From Thermoanaerobaculia bacterium (GTDB lineage: Bacteria; Acidobacteriota; Thermoanaerobaculia; Multivoradales; Multivoraceae), in NCBI GenBank assembly GCA_963664405.1, contig OY761158.1, forward strand, positions 2,464,001 through 2,528,000: a stretch of 64,000 bases of DNA, written 5' to 3'. The position numbers and the translations under genes were made by a program. The notes beneath the pieces were generated by a model that saw only the letters and a program-made list of their open reading frames with translations, was not told where the DNA came from and did no database searches. Each line of letters starts with the position of its first letter. The first letter of the stretch is position 1. This document shows, in pieces, positions 30,170 to 40,455 of the stretch.

Positions 30170-31129
30170 CTATCCGCCTGAAGGGAGGTAGGTTAGCGGA
30201 CTAGCTTCGAACTGCTGCACGCACCCGGGAGTCGCGAAGAGATAGATCTTCTCTTCATGCACCGCCCAGAGCTCCGGGTCGTTCGGCGCTCCCCTCACCA
30301 CCAGACAACTGTCGTTCTGGATCGAATAGCGCTCCGGATCGTCGGCAAATCGCTTGCGGCTGGGCTCACTCAGAAACTGATAGCGGTAGCCTTCGTGAAC
30401 GGCCACGATCTCGGGCTTGCCCAGCTCTTCCCTTCCGTCGAGGAGAAGAACTGGATCGAGTCCAGCCAGTACTAGGCGCGACTCCGATTCACTTTCGTCC
30501 TCACTGGCCTGGCCAGCCGCACCCTCGGCCGCGGCCGAGATCTGCCTCGCAACCGTGGAGAGCGCAGGAGACGCCTGTGCCAGCAAGGGGTAGAACTGCA
30601 AGAAGACGTTGTCGTGAGCAGCATGCTCGATGTGGCAGCTGTAGCAGCTCTCCTTCGAGAACGGCTCGGCCTTCTCCAGCAACCCCTTGCGGCTGCCGAA
30701 ATTGTAGTAACCCCAACCTTCGTCGAGGCGCTCGGAGTCCTTGACCGCCAGCTCCACGGACACGAGGTCGCTCGCGAAACTGCCCTCGCGGCCCGGCAGG
30801 ACACCGGAGCCCAGGTCGTGCAGCAAGAGAGCCAACATCGTGCCCTCACGAAACTCACCGGTGGCGACGAAGTGATCGTAGGCGGTGGGCTCGATCAGAG
30901 TGTGATGAAACATCTCCCTTCCGGCATCGCCTTCCGAATAGCTCAGCCCCAGCGAGGAGCCGGCGAAGACCCACTGCCGGAAGTCGGCGGGAAGTAACAA
31001 TCGACCGTCGGCGTCGTAGCTAGGGCTCACGGCGGGAGCATCGGCCTCTCTTGCGGTGGCGACAGCACCCGCAGCGGCAGGCACGGCGACCAGGACGAGG
31101 AGAAAGAACCGCGTTAGGCGGGTGAGCAT
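30170..31129 (-). CDS. Cytochrome P460/c'-beta family heme protein fused to YHS domains
   Basis: FRQWVFAGS, GEFREGT, VKDS..L.EGWGYYNF and CYSCH, then GLDPV...HEGYRYQF.S...F..DPERY and IYLFATPGC..F. Start MLTRL lies 2 nt after the upstream stop. Confidence 0.85.
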   Translation of the reverse strand: MLTRLTRFFLLVLVAVPAAAGAVATAREADAPAVSPSYDADGRLLLPADFRQWVFAGSSLGLSYSEGDAGREMFHHTLIEPTAYDHFVATGEFREGTMLALLLHDLGSGVLPGREGSFASDLVSVELAVKDSERLDEGWGYYNFGSRKGLLEKAEPFSKESCYSCHIEHAAHDNVFLQFYPLLAQASPALSTVARQISAAAEGAAGQASEDESESESRLVLAGLDPVLLLDGREELGKPEIVAVHEGYRYQFLSEPSRKRFADDPERYSIQNDSCLVVRGAPNDPELWAVHEEKIYLFATPGCVQQFEASPLTYLPSGG

Positions 31130-31131
31130 CT

Positions 31132-32934
31132 TCAGCGCCGCGGCTCGATCCAGATCGGCGAAGACCAGGCGCGTTCTTGAATCGTTGCCGGAAGATCCGG
31201 GCGAGGCGCTACGCCGGCGTGGACCGCATCCCACGTCGACCAGCGGCAAGTCGGGTTCTCGAGCACCCGCACGTAATAGAACGCACGCTGGCCGCGGTCG
31301 AAGCTCGGGTCTCGCCAAACGGCCTCGAGCTCACTCGCCCCCACATCGGCTGTCGCTGCACAGTTCGTGAGATCGACCTCGGCGCCATTGTCCGGGCAAC
31401 GATGGGTGCTCGGATCGACCTTGCCGCCGTCGGAGCAAGCGACGTCATAGACCTGCTCGTGGCTCACGCCGTCATCGACCCAGCCTTTGATGACCTGAAG
31501 CCGCTGCAGCGCCGCCGACCTCGGATCGCGCGCCGCCCATGCGTAGAATCTCGGCTCGCCGCGACTCTCCGCAGCAAGATCAGTTCCCATCGGTACACCG
31601 CCGGCGTACGCCCTGTCGGCCGCGTCGGCGGCGCCCACAAGATCGTCAGACAGGTCGTAACCGGCAAAGAGACGTACCTTGATGCGGGTGCCCGTGGTAC
31701 CGAAGGTTTCCTTGCGGCGAAAGGCGTCGTAAATCGATACGCGCGTATTCTCCGCCGCCCACACTCCCGCTAGTCCCGAGGCGCTCCACAGCCGGTAGTA
31801 GTTCATTGCGTAAGCATCCGGCACATCGTCGGTCGCGTACGAGATGGGCACCGACCCGCGTACCTGCGCCGTACCGTCGAACTGGCCGATCTTGCTGTGG
31901 AACTTCGACTCGTCGAAAGAGCCGCCGGAGACATGGGTATCGCTGGCCGCCACCACGCCGAATCGGTAGGGGTTGAATCCTGCGCTCTCCTGGAGCTCGA
32001 TCCCCCGGCGATAGGCGTTGCGTACGTAGCTGCCCGGCGGCCGGCTCTTCTTCCACATCGCGACCACGTAAGGCACGATCTCGAAATCCGCCCACTCGTC
32101 CTCGGGCGACAGGAATGGGTGGGTGTCCGACGTGCCCTTGACCTGGGTGATCTCGACCAAGGGCTCGTTGCGCATGCGGGTCTCGGCGTAGGCCGCATCC
32201 AGAGGATTGCCGTCGAAGGTGACGGTGTCGAACATGCGGCCGTCCGAGCCGTTCGAATTATGCGGGATCGCCAGCGCCTCGATGCCTCGGCCACGGAGCT
32301 CGTCCATCCACGCCCACAGCTCTTCCGGATTGAGCGACTCGAAACGGCTGAAAGGCACATCCGGCCCGACACTGTCGCGGAAGATGACATTCCGGTGCAG
32401 GTTGGCCGCGGGGTGGGAGGTGTACTCGTAGCCGATGAAGGCGGTGAACTCGCCAGGGTCGTTGTGGCGATTGGCCGCTTCGATCACCCGCGCCCACGCC
32501 GAACGCTTCATGTCCAAGTCCATGTGCTTCAGCGCGAATTGCGACTGGTGGGCGTAGTCGGCCCGGCGTTTGCGAACGGTCGCCTTCTCTTGTGTGAAGC
32601 GCGCCGCGCCAGGGATCTTCGACGCCGGATCCGCTGGATCAGCCATCGCATGGAGCACGCCGAGGTAGTTGGCATGATCGGTGACCGCGTAAAAATCCAA
32701 GGGCCGGTCGAGCTGGATGTCGTACCCGCTGGGGTGGGGAATCGCTTCGCCCTTGGCGAAACGATAGGCGTCGTCCGGCGAGGTGCGGGTGCCGAAGCCC
32801 CAAGCGTCGAGCGAAAGCCGCGTATGCACGTGAAGGTCGCCAAACAAGGCTTGGCGTTCTTCGGCATTCGCCACCGTGACCCAACCGAGCACGAAGACTG
32901 AGAGACAGACAACGGGGCCGCTGGATCGCTTCAT
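31132..32934 (-). CDS. DUF3604 secreted protein (paralog of 28331-30109)
   Basis: Same motifs as its paralog: FGDLHVHT, VTDH, NLHRNVIF, SDTH and IQERAWSSPIW. Confidence 0.92.
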   Translation of the reverse strand: MKRSSGPVVCLSVFVLGWVTVANAEERQALFGDLHVHTRLSLDAWGFGTRTSPDDAYRFAKGEAIPHPSGYDIQLDRPLDFYAVTDHANYLGVLHAMADPADPASKIPGAARFTQEKATVRKRRADYAHQSQFALKHMDLDMKRSAWARVIEAANRHNDPGEFTAFIGYEYTSHPAANLHRNVIFRDSVGPDVPFSRFESLNPEELWAWMDELRGRGIEALAIPHNSNGSDGRMFDTVTFDGNPLDAAYAETRMRNEPLVEITQVKGTSDTHPFLSPEDEWADFEIVPYVVAMWKKSRPPGSYVRNAYRRGIELQESAGFNPYRFGVVAASDTHVSGGSFDESKFHSKIGQFDGTAQVRGSVPISYATDDVPDAYAMNYYRLWSASGLAGVWAAENTRVSIYDAFRRKETFGTTGTRIKVRLFAGYDLSDDLVGAADAADRAYAGGVPMGTDLAAESRGEPRFYAWAARDPRSAALQRLQVIKGWVDDGVSHEQVYDVACSDGGKVDPSTHRCPDNGAEVDLTNCAATADVGASELEAVWRDPSFDRGQRAFYYVRVLENPTCRWSTWDAVHAGVAPRPDLPATIQERAWSSPIWIEPRR

Positions 32935-33114
32935 GATTGCCCTCTGCAAGACGATGATGATCGGACGGGCGAAAGCCTATCAGTCGATCTCGGAGGAGCC
33001 GCCGCGTCGCGAGCGTCATCGGCCCACTCAATGCGGAGCTCGGCAGTCCGCTTCCGGACCCAGTGGACCTTCCCCGATCAGCGTCGGAAGCACCTCTCGC
33101 CTGCCTCGGCTACA

Positions 33115-33280
33115 CTAGACCAGCGTTTCCAAAGTTCGCGTACATATCTCGGCCCCTTCTGCCCGCTGGCGGCGTTACGCCTCCTCGATATATTGCCCAA
33201 TATGCCTGCGTCGGCGCGCCTAGCCAGCGAACAGAATGACCTCGAGCTATGCAACCCGAACTTTGGAAACGCTGGTCTAG
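33115..33280 (+). mobile_element. MITE copy 1 (158 bp plus flanking CTAG duplication)
   Basis: 20-bp terminal inverted repeats ACCAGCGTTTCCAAAGTTCG / CGAACTTTGGAAACGCTGGT with CTAG on each side; four copies in the window. Confidence 0.92.
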
Positions 33281-33299
33281 CTCAGCTCGAGGATCGACT

Positions 33300-33698
33300 G
33301 TGCCGAGGACAGCCTTCCGATGGATCAATCTCGTATTCGCCCTGATGTTCCTTGCCTCGGGTGCGCTGCAATACAACGACCCGGATCCCCTGCGCTGGGT
33401 CCTCATTTACGGCGGCGCTGCAGCGGCCTGCCTCATCAGCAGCCCTCCAGCACTCAAACACGGCCTGCCGCTGTTGGTCGGTTCGGTGAGCCTGCTCTGG
33501 GCGCTCTTTCTGCTGCCGCGCATGCTCCCCGACTTCCGCTTCGGCGATCTCTTCCTGGCGATGAAGGCGGAAACACCGGCGATCGAATGGGGGCGCGAGG
33601 CGCTCGGCCTGCTGATCATCGCCGCTTGGATGATCGTTCTGCTGATGCGCCGCCGTGACCGCCAGTCCCCTGCTCCGACAAAGCAACGAGCTCTTTGA
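33300..33698 (+). CDS. Transmembrane-220 family protein
   Basis: LQYNDPDPLRWVLIYG and E.GREALGL; GTG start after GAGGA. Confidence 0.8.
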   Translation: MPRTAFRWINLVFALMFLASGALQYNDPDPLRWVLIYGGAAAACLISSPPALKHGLPLLVGSVSLLWALFLLPRMLPDFRFGDLFLAMKAETPAIEWGREALGLLIIAAWMIVLLMRRRDRQSPAPTKQRAL

Positions 33699-33761
33699 CG
33701 TAAAAGGTTAAAACAAACAGCCCAACTACACGCATCTCTGCGTGACAACTGGAGAAGAAGA

Positions 33762-34395
33762 ATGTACGTAATCGACATGTCTACGCTAAACAAAGAAGGT
33801 GAATTCGGCTCCAAGGAATGGGGCGAAGCCTGTGCCGCCGCTTCGGTGAAGATCCTGAAAGCGGCCAATTACCGGCAGACTTCGAGTGGGCCTTTACCGA
33901 GCGCTACACCCATCCACCCGCCAGACTGATGGAAGGCGGCCGCGAGAAGGCCGGCTACTACATCATGGTCAAGGATGGTGAGATCACCGGCGGAGACGGC
34001 GAGCCGGAAGAGGCCTTGGCTCTTCGAGCCTTCCACATCACTGCTCGATGGGCGGCCATCTGCAATCAATCCGGTGCCTTCTACGGCAAAGAAGGCGGGG
34101 CGAAGAGGCGGAAGGTGAGCAGGCGATGCGCCAAGCGATCGAAAAATACGTCGGCCGACCGGATCCCTAAGGAGAGGGTCCCTGGCCGGAGATCTGCTGG
34201 CCGGATACCGTCGCTGGCCCCCTGATGGCAGGCGCCGAGGAGGGTAACGGGCTGCACAACATCGCTGCAACAATGCAGACTCAGTCACCCGAATTCGTCG
34301 ACTATCCGGTTACCGAAATGCGCGTACCTATCTTCGATGAAATGACCGAGGAACAGAAGAAGGACTTCATCAAGCTCCTGCACATCGACATGTGA
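33762..34395 (+). pseudogene. Frameshifted hypothetical protein
   Basis: GGAG RBS then MYVIDMSTLNKEGEFGSKEWGEACAAASVKILKAAN / LPADFEWAFTERY...GAKR / ...GNGLHNIAATMQTQSPEF...KLLHIDM*, spread over different frames. Confidence 0.65.
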
Positions 34396-34453
34396 AGGTG
34401 GAATGGGTGAGGTCTACTGAGCCGAGGACTAGGAGCTGAAGAGGCAGCGCTGG

Positions 34454-35083
34454 TCACCGGTAAAGCGACTCCGCGTGCAGCCCGCCGTAGACCATCCATT
34501 GCAGGATGTAGTGCTCGTCGTGCACCAGGATCTCGGACACCACCTCGGGCGGATTCGTTCGCGTGTACTCGCGAATTCGGGTGTGGGTCGGAACTTCACC
34601 CACGTGCGGTTGCAGCGCGAAAGTGTTGTACTGCAGGCCTTCTCGTTCCGCCAGGCAGATCGTGTAGATGACCAGCATGTTGCCGGTGATCGGGAGGCGG
34701 TGCGCGTCTCCCATCGCCCAGCTGTTGCAGGAGTCTTCGTTCCGCTCGGACGCCGAGGCCCAAATCTGACGCACAGTCATGGTCTCTTCGTCTGTGCGCA
34801 GAGTGTGAGTGCGCCCGGCTCGAAGGCCGAGAAGGGCAAGCCCCTGCTGTGGATCCTGCTGCCGGTCGAAGGCGATATCCCACTCTCGCTCGCCGTCCGA
34901 CACCGAAACCGTGGTTGCGACCCGCTGGTCCGTCTCGAAGCTGAGAACGGCCGCAAGCGGTACCGCCGGGTTCGGGTTCTGGACCACCGACGGACCCTGG
35001 AGAAAGACAGCCGGGTCCGCGCGAGCAGCGCAGACAGCGAAGGTCAGCAGGAGGCCGATGAATGCCGTTCTCGTTCTTGCCAT
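34454..35083 (-). pseudogene. Arylsulfate sulfotransferase-like gene with a large in-frame internal deletion
   Basis: The N-terminal 'NPNPAVPLAAVLSFET...LLGLRAGRTH' joins directly to the C-terminal 'DEETMTVRQIW...MGDAHRLP.TGNML' near 34790. Confidence 0.65.
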
Positions 35084-35091
35084 GGATCGAG

Positions 35092-35627
35092 CTACCTCCT
35101 GTCCACCACGATCTGTCCGTCTTTGATGACCATCACGATCTTCTCGAGCGCCGCCAGGTCGTCGAGTGGGTTTGCTTCGAGCACAACGAAGTCGGCGCGC
35201 TTGCCCGGCTCGACGGTTCCGAGCTCTTTCTCTCTGCCGAGGAAGAATGCCGCGTCGTGGGTCAGCGATCTGAGAATGGTGCCTGGGGAGAGGCCGATTT
35301 CCTTCAACGCTTGTATCTCTCTTCGAGCGACACCGGCGACTTCGAGTGCTGCGGCTCTGTCGGTCCCGAAGGCGATTCGGACGCCGGCGTCTACCAGCGC
35401 CTCGACGTTCGCGTTTCCGGACTTGTAGATGCCGTCCATTACGTTCGGGGGAGCCCCGCGAGACGTCCTCGATCGCACGAAGTGCCCGTCAGGAGCGCGG
35501 AATCCACCGCGCGTGGTCGAGACGGTCACATCTGCATCGATGAGGAGGTCGGCGAGCTTCCCGATCGGGGCGTTGGAGACCCAAGGCGCGTGAACAAGTC
35601 GATCGGCGCCTGCCTCTATCGCCTCTA
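35092..35627 (-). pseudogene. Amidohydrolase C-terminal fragment
   Basis: AIEAGAD.LVH, GVRIAFGTD and LGTVEPGKRADFVVLEANPLDD; the N-terminal HxH region is missing. Confidence 0.75.
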
Positions 35628-35870
35628 ACCTTCGGCGTGACCGTGACCGGCGCGATGGACGGGCGGGCGACAGGCGAGATGATGGCGATCGACAAAGAGG
35701 CACCATCGGTGCAGCTGATCCGCTCGCCGGAGCACAAGTACACCGACGGCGACGTTCCAGCACTGGTGCCGGCCGCCGGCCTCGAAACGGTGGCGCGCGC
35801 GTTCGCCAAGATCATCGATGGAGCCAACGAGCTCGACCTCGCCAAGCTACAAGCCGGACCGAAACAGTGA
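35628..35870 (+). pseudogene. C-terminal fragment of a peptidase M28-like protein
   Basis: FGVTV...TGEM...PSVQLI..P...TDGDVPALVPAAGLETVARAFAKIID, with no N-terminus. Confidence 0.5.
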
Positions 35871-35883
35871 ACAAATCTCGGCT

Positions 35884-36465
35884 CTATGAATCGGCCATGA
35901 GCTCGGCCAAAGACTCGAGGAGATCTGTTCCGCGATCGAGACCCAGCTCGCTTATCCTCTCGAGTGCTTGGCGCGCCGTCACCAAGTCTTCTTCGGTAGC
36001 GAAGCGCAGCAACGTCTTGGCGTCGACCAGGTCTTGATCGCGAGCTGCGAGCACCTTCACTGCAATCAGATGCCCACGAGCCGCCACCCGAAACTCGACC
36101 CCCGGCGAAACTTCGAGCCAATCCGCCGCAGCGACGACCTCCGGCTCGATTCCGGACGAGCAAAACAGCAGATCGACGACTACCCCGATCTCCTCTTCGT
36201 CCGGGGCGACCAGCCGGACTGTGGCCAGGCGATTCATCGTCGTTTCTTCGAGGAACTCGCCGACCCGATATCCGGCGTCGCGAAGAGAGGCCACGATCGC
36301 CTCAGCCTCTCGATCGTTCTCTACTGTCACGATGACGTCGACATCGCGCGTTGTTCTGGGCTCTGCGCGCACGGATAGCGCCAGGCCGCCGATCAGGGCG
36401 AAGGAGACGCCGATCTGGTCGAGATCCCTTGCCAACAAAAGGAGAACGCGCTCGAGTCTCGTCAC
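35884..36465 (-). CDS. Nucleotidyltransferase (pol-beta superfamily, AbiEii-like)
   Basis: ALIGGLA...EPRTTRDVDV, VVDLL and KVLAAR.QD..D; GTG start overlaps the upstream stop (GTGA). Confidence 0.8.
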   Translation of the reverse strand: MTRLERVLLLLARDLDQIGVSFALIGGLALSVRAEPRTTRDVDVIVTVENDREAEAIVASLRDAGYRVGEFLEETTMNRLATVRLVAPDEEEIGVVVDLLFCSSGIEPEVVAAADWLEVSPGVEFRVAARGHLIAVKVLAARDQDLVDAKTLLRFATEEDLVTARQALERISELGLDRGTDLLESLAELMADS

Positions 36466-36704
36466 GTGGAGAGTTCGCGGCGCGTGACTCGCCCGACACC
36501 GTCGCCATGCTCCGCACCGGGCCGGTGATGCAGCCACTCCCTGAGCAGGCGATGGAGCTCTTGCGGCGACGCGTCCGGGTTCCGTCGCCGTAGGTTCTGG
36601 GCCATGATGCGCTCAGCCGTCTCGGCGAGATCGAAGGCCAGTCGCAGCCGTTCTCTGGGAAGAGTCGAGAGCCCGCCGATACCCTTGGCGATGGCGTCTT
36701 CCAT
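36462..36704 (-). CDS. Small helical partner protein of the nucleotidyltransferase (putative antitoxin-like)
   Basis: 80 aa, 'RERLRLAFDL.E.....MAQNLRRRNPDAS..E...LREWL'; translationally coupled to the downstream gene. Confidence 0.7.
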   Translation of the reverse strand: MEDAIAKGIGGLSTLPRERLRLAFDLAETAERIMAQNLRRRNPDASPQELHRLLREWLHHRPGAEHGDGVGRVTRRELST

Positions 36705-36795
36705 ATGTCGGATTCTATCCTGCCGTCCTTCGTCGCGAGCCTCGACAAGAGACATCACTTGTACTAGGTTCGTCAGCAAGAAGACGGAGGCTGCC

Positions 36796-39630
36796 ATGAC
36801 GCATCCAGCGACTCTTGTTCTCCCGCTCTTGCTCGCGTCTCCTCTGGTCTCTCAGCAACACCCCTTGCGGGCGCTCAACGTCGAGTTCGGCATCAAAGAC
36901 GCCGACCCTCAGACGTGGAACGGCTCGCTGAGCATCGACAAGGGAGAGATCGTCGAGCTTCGTGGGCACCAGTTCAAAGAGGGTGAGTCGATCGGGCCCG
37001 GCAGCTCCTGGACAGCACGCACCGATCCCTGGATTGCGCCAACAGGCGGGATGCACCCCCACGAGCTCCCATTCCCCCAACCGACACGGGTGCAGACCGT
37101 CGGCGTGACTGTTTATTACCGGGCCCCCGAGGACGCGACGATCTCGGTGACGACGACCAACGGCGATTTCTTCTTCAAGCCCGCGGATCTGCCGCCCTCC
37201 GACGTGATGCATCTCTTGGCGACCAAGGTCGAGGTGCGGCGCGTTCCGCCGGTCGAGGCGGTTACGACCGACGAGCTCGAAGACGACTACTCCACCATGG
37301 TCATGGGCAAGGATGGGACCCTGTCGCTGGCCTGGATCGGCTACAAGAGCGAAAAAGATCAGGTCTTCGTTCGTGAGCGCTTGGGGGGCGACTGGGGCTC
37401 CATTGCAGTCGTGTCGGGTGCATCCGGCGATCTGCAGGGGCTGGCTGCCGCGAACGATCGCGAGGGTGGGTTGCATCTCGTCTTCTCGAAACGCTTCGAC
37501 GGCAGCTGGCACCTCATGCACTCGCGTCGGTCAGGAGGGATGTGGAGCGCACCACAGGCAATCGTCTCGACCCCCGGCAACAATCTCTTCCCGGTGATGG
37601 CGGGCGATTGCCAGGGGAATCTGCATCTCGCCTGGCAGTCGGCTCGGCGCGCTTTCTCGTCGATCTACTACAAATCGTTCGACGGCTCGGCCTGGTCGGA
37701 TGCAGTACCTCTGAGTGACCCAGGAGCCGCCGCGAACGAGTGGATCCCAGACATCGCCACCGATACCAGGGGCACAGCCTGGGTGACCTGGGACAGCTAC
37801 GAGGGCGGCAGCTACAACATCCGACTGCGGCCGGTGCGCGAGGGACGCGCGGGGGATCTAATCCGGGTCACCGATACGCCCCGCTACCACGGCCTGCCCA
37901 ACATAGCCGTCGACGCCGAGGACCGGGTGTGGATCGCCTACGACGAAGCCGAGGCAAACTGGGGCAAGGACACAGGCTTCCTGCTCCGCGGCGGCGCAGG
38001 GATCTACCAATCGCGCACCACTCGCATCGTTATCTGGAACGGGAGCGCGTGGCTCGCCCCGCTGGATGACGTCAACCGCCACTTTCGTCCCAGCGTGCGG
38101 CGCTACGTGCAGACACCACGCCTCGAAGCGGACAGCAAGGGCCGGATGTGGCTGCTCTTAAGGCCGCGGGTGCGGGCGGTGAAGCAGGAGTCTCTGTGGG
38201 CGGGCGGTGGCAAATGGGATCTGATGGCGACTTTCTACTCGGGCGGACAGTGGGCGACGCCCACCAGCGTTCCCCAGAGCATCGGCCGTAATGAAGGGCC
38301 GATGGCTCTCGAGGCCGGCCCCGGTGGAGAGATGTTCGCCTCCTGGACCACCGATCAAAGGCTCTGGGGCAGTCCGTCGACCCTGTGGATCTATGACAAG
38401 AGTGGACCGACTTTCGGCCACTACCCGAAGGAGAACCAGATCTTCTTCGCCGAGATATCCGGGCAGTTTCGAGGTCAGAAGATCGACCCTCTGATCCTTG
38501 GAGAACGCGGCAGGGAAGATCCGGCCAACCTGCCCGCCGAGCCCCGCGAGGCGGAGCAAGTCGCAGCAATGCGCAACTACACGATCGACTCGGCTGGTAC
38601 CCAGTACAAGATTTATCGCGGCGACCTGCACCGCCACACCGACATCTCGCTCGACGGCTCCGGCGACGGCTCGCTCTACGACTCGTTCCGTTACATGATG
38701 GACGCTGCTGCGATGGATTTCTATCTGGTCACTGATCACAAGGGGACGAGCGACACCGAGTACGACTGGTGGCGGACCGAGAAGGCCGAGGACATGTTCC
38801 ATGTGCCTGGCAGGTTCGTGGCCCTCTTCGGCTACGAGCGCAGCCTGAGCTACCCCAACGGACACCGCAACATCATCTTTGCCGAGCGCGGCAACAAGCC
38901 GATCCCCATCACCCAAGAAGAGCGTGATTCGAGCACCGGACCGTACCTCTACGACGCACTTCGCAAGCAGAACGGGATCGCCACCTCTCACACCTCCCAC
39001 ACCACGATGGGGACCGACTGGCGCGACAACGATCCTGAGCTCGAGCCAATCGTCGAGATTTTCCAGGGAGCGCGGACCTCGGCCGAGCACGAGGGTGCGC
39101 CGCTGGCTTCGTCCGCCGCCCGCACCGACCTCTGGGCCGGCAACTACCGCCCGCTGGGGTTCGTCTCCCTGGCGTGGGCGAAGGGCTACAAGCTCGGCGT
39201 GCAGGCGAGCTCCGACCATGTTTCGACCCACACTTCGTATGCGATGGTGCTGACGGACGACTTCAGCCGCCAGGGGCTGGTCGACGCCATGCGCAAGCGC
39301 CACACCTACGCTGCGACCAGCAACATCATTCTCGACTACCGACTCCAGACCGGCGAGGGTGAGTGGATTCACGGAGATATCTTCTCTACCTCCTCGATCC
39401 CGACCCTAAAGGCCGTCATCCGCGGCACTGACAACATCAAGGAAGTCGTGGTCGTACGCGACAACGACTACGTCCACACCGTTACCGGCGACGGCGAGCG
39501 GATGGAGATCGAGTACCGTGAGCAGTCGCTGGAGAGCGGCGAGCACTTCTACTACGTGCGCGTCGAGCAGGAGGATGGCAACGTCGCCTGGTCGAGCCCG
39601 ATCTGGGTGACGAAAGACGACCTGGAGTGA
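36796..39630 (+). CDS. Large secreted beta-propeller plus DUF3604/PHP-like metallohydrolase
   Basis: GGAGG RBS; GDLHRHTDIS.DG, VTDH, GHRN, SSDH and AWSSPIW. Confidence 0.85.
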   Translation: MTHPATLVLPLLLASPLVSQQHPLRALNVEFGIKDADPQTWNGSLSIDKGEIVELRGHQFKEGESIGPGSSWTARTDPWIAPTGGMHPHELPFPQPTRVQTVGVTVYYRAPEDATISVTTTNGDFFFKPADLPPSDVMHLLATKVEVRRVPPVEAVTTDELEDDYSTMVMGKDGTLSLAWIGYKSEKDQVFVRERLGGDWGSIAVVSGASGDLQGLAAANDREGGLHLVFSKRFDGSWHLMHSRRSGGMWSAPQAIVSTPGNNLFPVMAGDCQGNLHLAWQSARRAFSSIYYKSFDGSAWSDAVPLSDPGAAANEWIPDIATDTRGTAWVTWDSYEGGSYNIRLRPVREGRAGDLIRVTDTPRYHGLPNIAVDAEDRVWIAYDEAEANWGKDTGFLLRGGAGIYQSRTTRIVIWNGSAWLAPLDDVNRHFRPSVRRYVQTPRLEADSKGRMWLLLRPRVRAVKQESLWAGGGKWDLMATFYSGGQWATPTSVPQSIGRNEGPMALEAGPGGEMFASWTTDQRLWGSPSTLWIYDKSGPTFGHYPKENQIFFAEISGQFRGQKIDPLILGERGREDPANLPAEPREAEQVAAMRNYTIDSAGTQYKIYRGDLHRHTDISLDGSGDGSLYDSFRYMMDAAAMDFYLVTDHKGTSDTEYDWWRTEKAEDMFHVPGRFVALFGYERSLSYPNGHRNIIFAERGNKPIPITQEERDSSTGPYLYDALRKQNGIATSHTSHTTMGTDWRDNDPELEPIVEIFQGARTSAEHEGAPLASSAARTDLWAGNYRPLGFVSLAWAKGYKLGVQASSDHVSTHTSYAMVLTDDFSRQGLVDAMRKRHTYAATSNIILDYRLQTGEGEWIHGDIFSTSSIPTLKAVIRGTDNIKEVVVVRDNDYVHTVTGDGERMEIEYREQSLESGEHFYYVRVEQEDGNVAWSSPIWVTKDDLE

Positions 39631-39636
39631 CCCGAA

Positions 39637-40389
39637 ATGGGAAAGACCGCACATCCTCCCCTCCCCGAGGCGACCGCCGGTGCGAGAATGCTCTATCTCA
39701 TTCGACGCCGGCCTTCGACGTCGCGCGAAGAGCTCGTCGCGCACTGGTTCGCCAATCACATGTCCGCGGTGATCCAAGGTCAGCGCGAGCGCGCGGAGCA
39801 GGGGAAATCACACGCCCGCCGCTACATCGCGACTCTCTACGACGCCGACAAAGATGGCTCGCACCCCTGGGACGGGATCGCCCAGCTGTGGTTCGACCGG
39901 CCACTGCCGAGGCCAGAGGTGCCCCAGGGGACCCACCCCACCGACACCTTCCAGCAGAAGGCCGAGCCCTATATGCCCTGGGCAACGAAGGAGTACGTGA
40001 TCCTCGACGGCTCTCGGCATCTGCCGGTGGAGCCGCTGACCCTCAACCCGCCCTTCCCTTGCACCCGTTCGGGCTTTTTCAAAGTGAGCTTCCTGGTCGG
40101 CGCCAAAGAGGGCTGTGACTACGACGCCTTCTACGACCATTGGCTGCGCACTCACGTTCCCAACGTCCGCTCGGTGATGGAGGAAGTAGGTGGTTTCCGC
40201 TACGTCGTCGGCCACAGCCTGGAGCCCGAGGTGGAGCCCTATGCCGGGATCGCCGAGCTGTACTTCGCCGACGAGGGCGGCTGGAGCAGGTATCGAAGCG
40301 TCATCGAGCCCGATGGCATGGAGGAGTGGGTCGATGCCTCGAAGACGGTCGTGCTGCGTGCCCGAACCGAGATGATCGGGATTCCGTGA
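39637..40389 (+). CDS. Tandem EthD-domain protein
   Basis: Two repeats of 'HW...H...Y...(D/A)GIA(Q/E)L(W/Y)F'. Confidence 0.75.
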   Translation: MGKTAHPPLPEATAGARMLYLIRRRPSTSREELVAHWFANHMSAVIQGQRERAEQGKSHARRYIATLYDADKDGSHPWDGIAQLWFDRPLPRPEVPQGTHPTDTFQQKAEPYMPWATKEYVILDGSRHLPVEPLTLNPPFPCTRSGFFKVSFLVGAKEGCDYDAFYDHWLRTHVPNVRSVMEEVGGFRYVVGHSLEPEVEPYAGIAELYFADEGGWSRYRSVIEPDGMEEWVDASKTVVLRARTEMIGIP

Positions 40390-40455
40390 GCGAGCTCGGC
40401 CGGGGAGTGCGCGGCACGATAGGATCGGTCGCCCGAACAAAGAAAGGTGGTCCCG

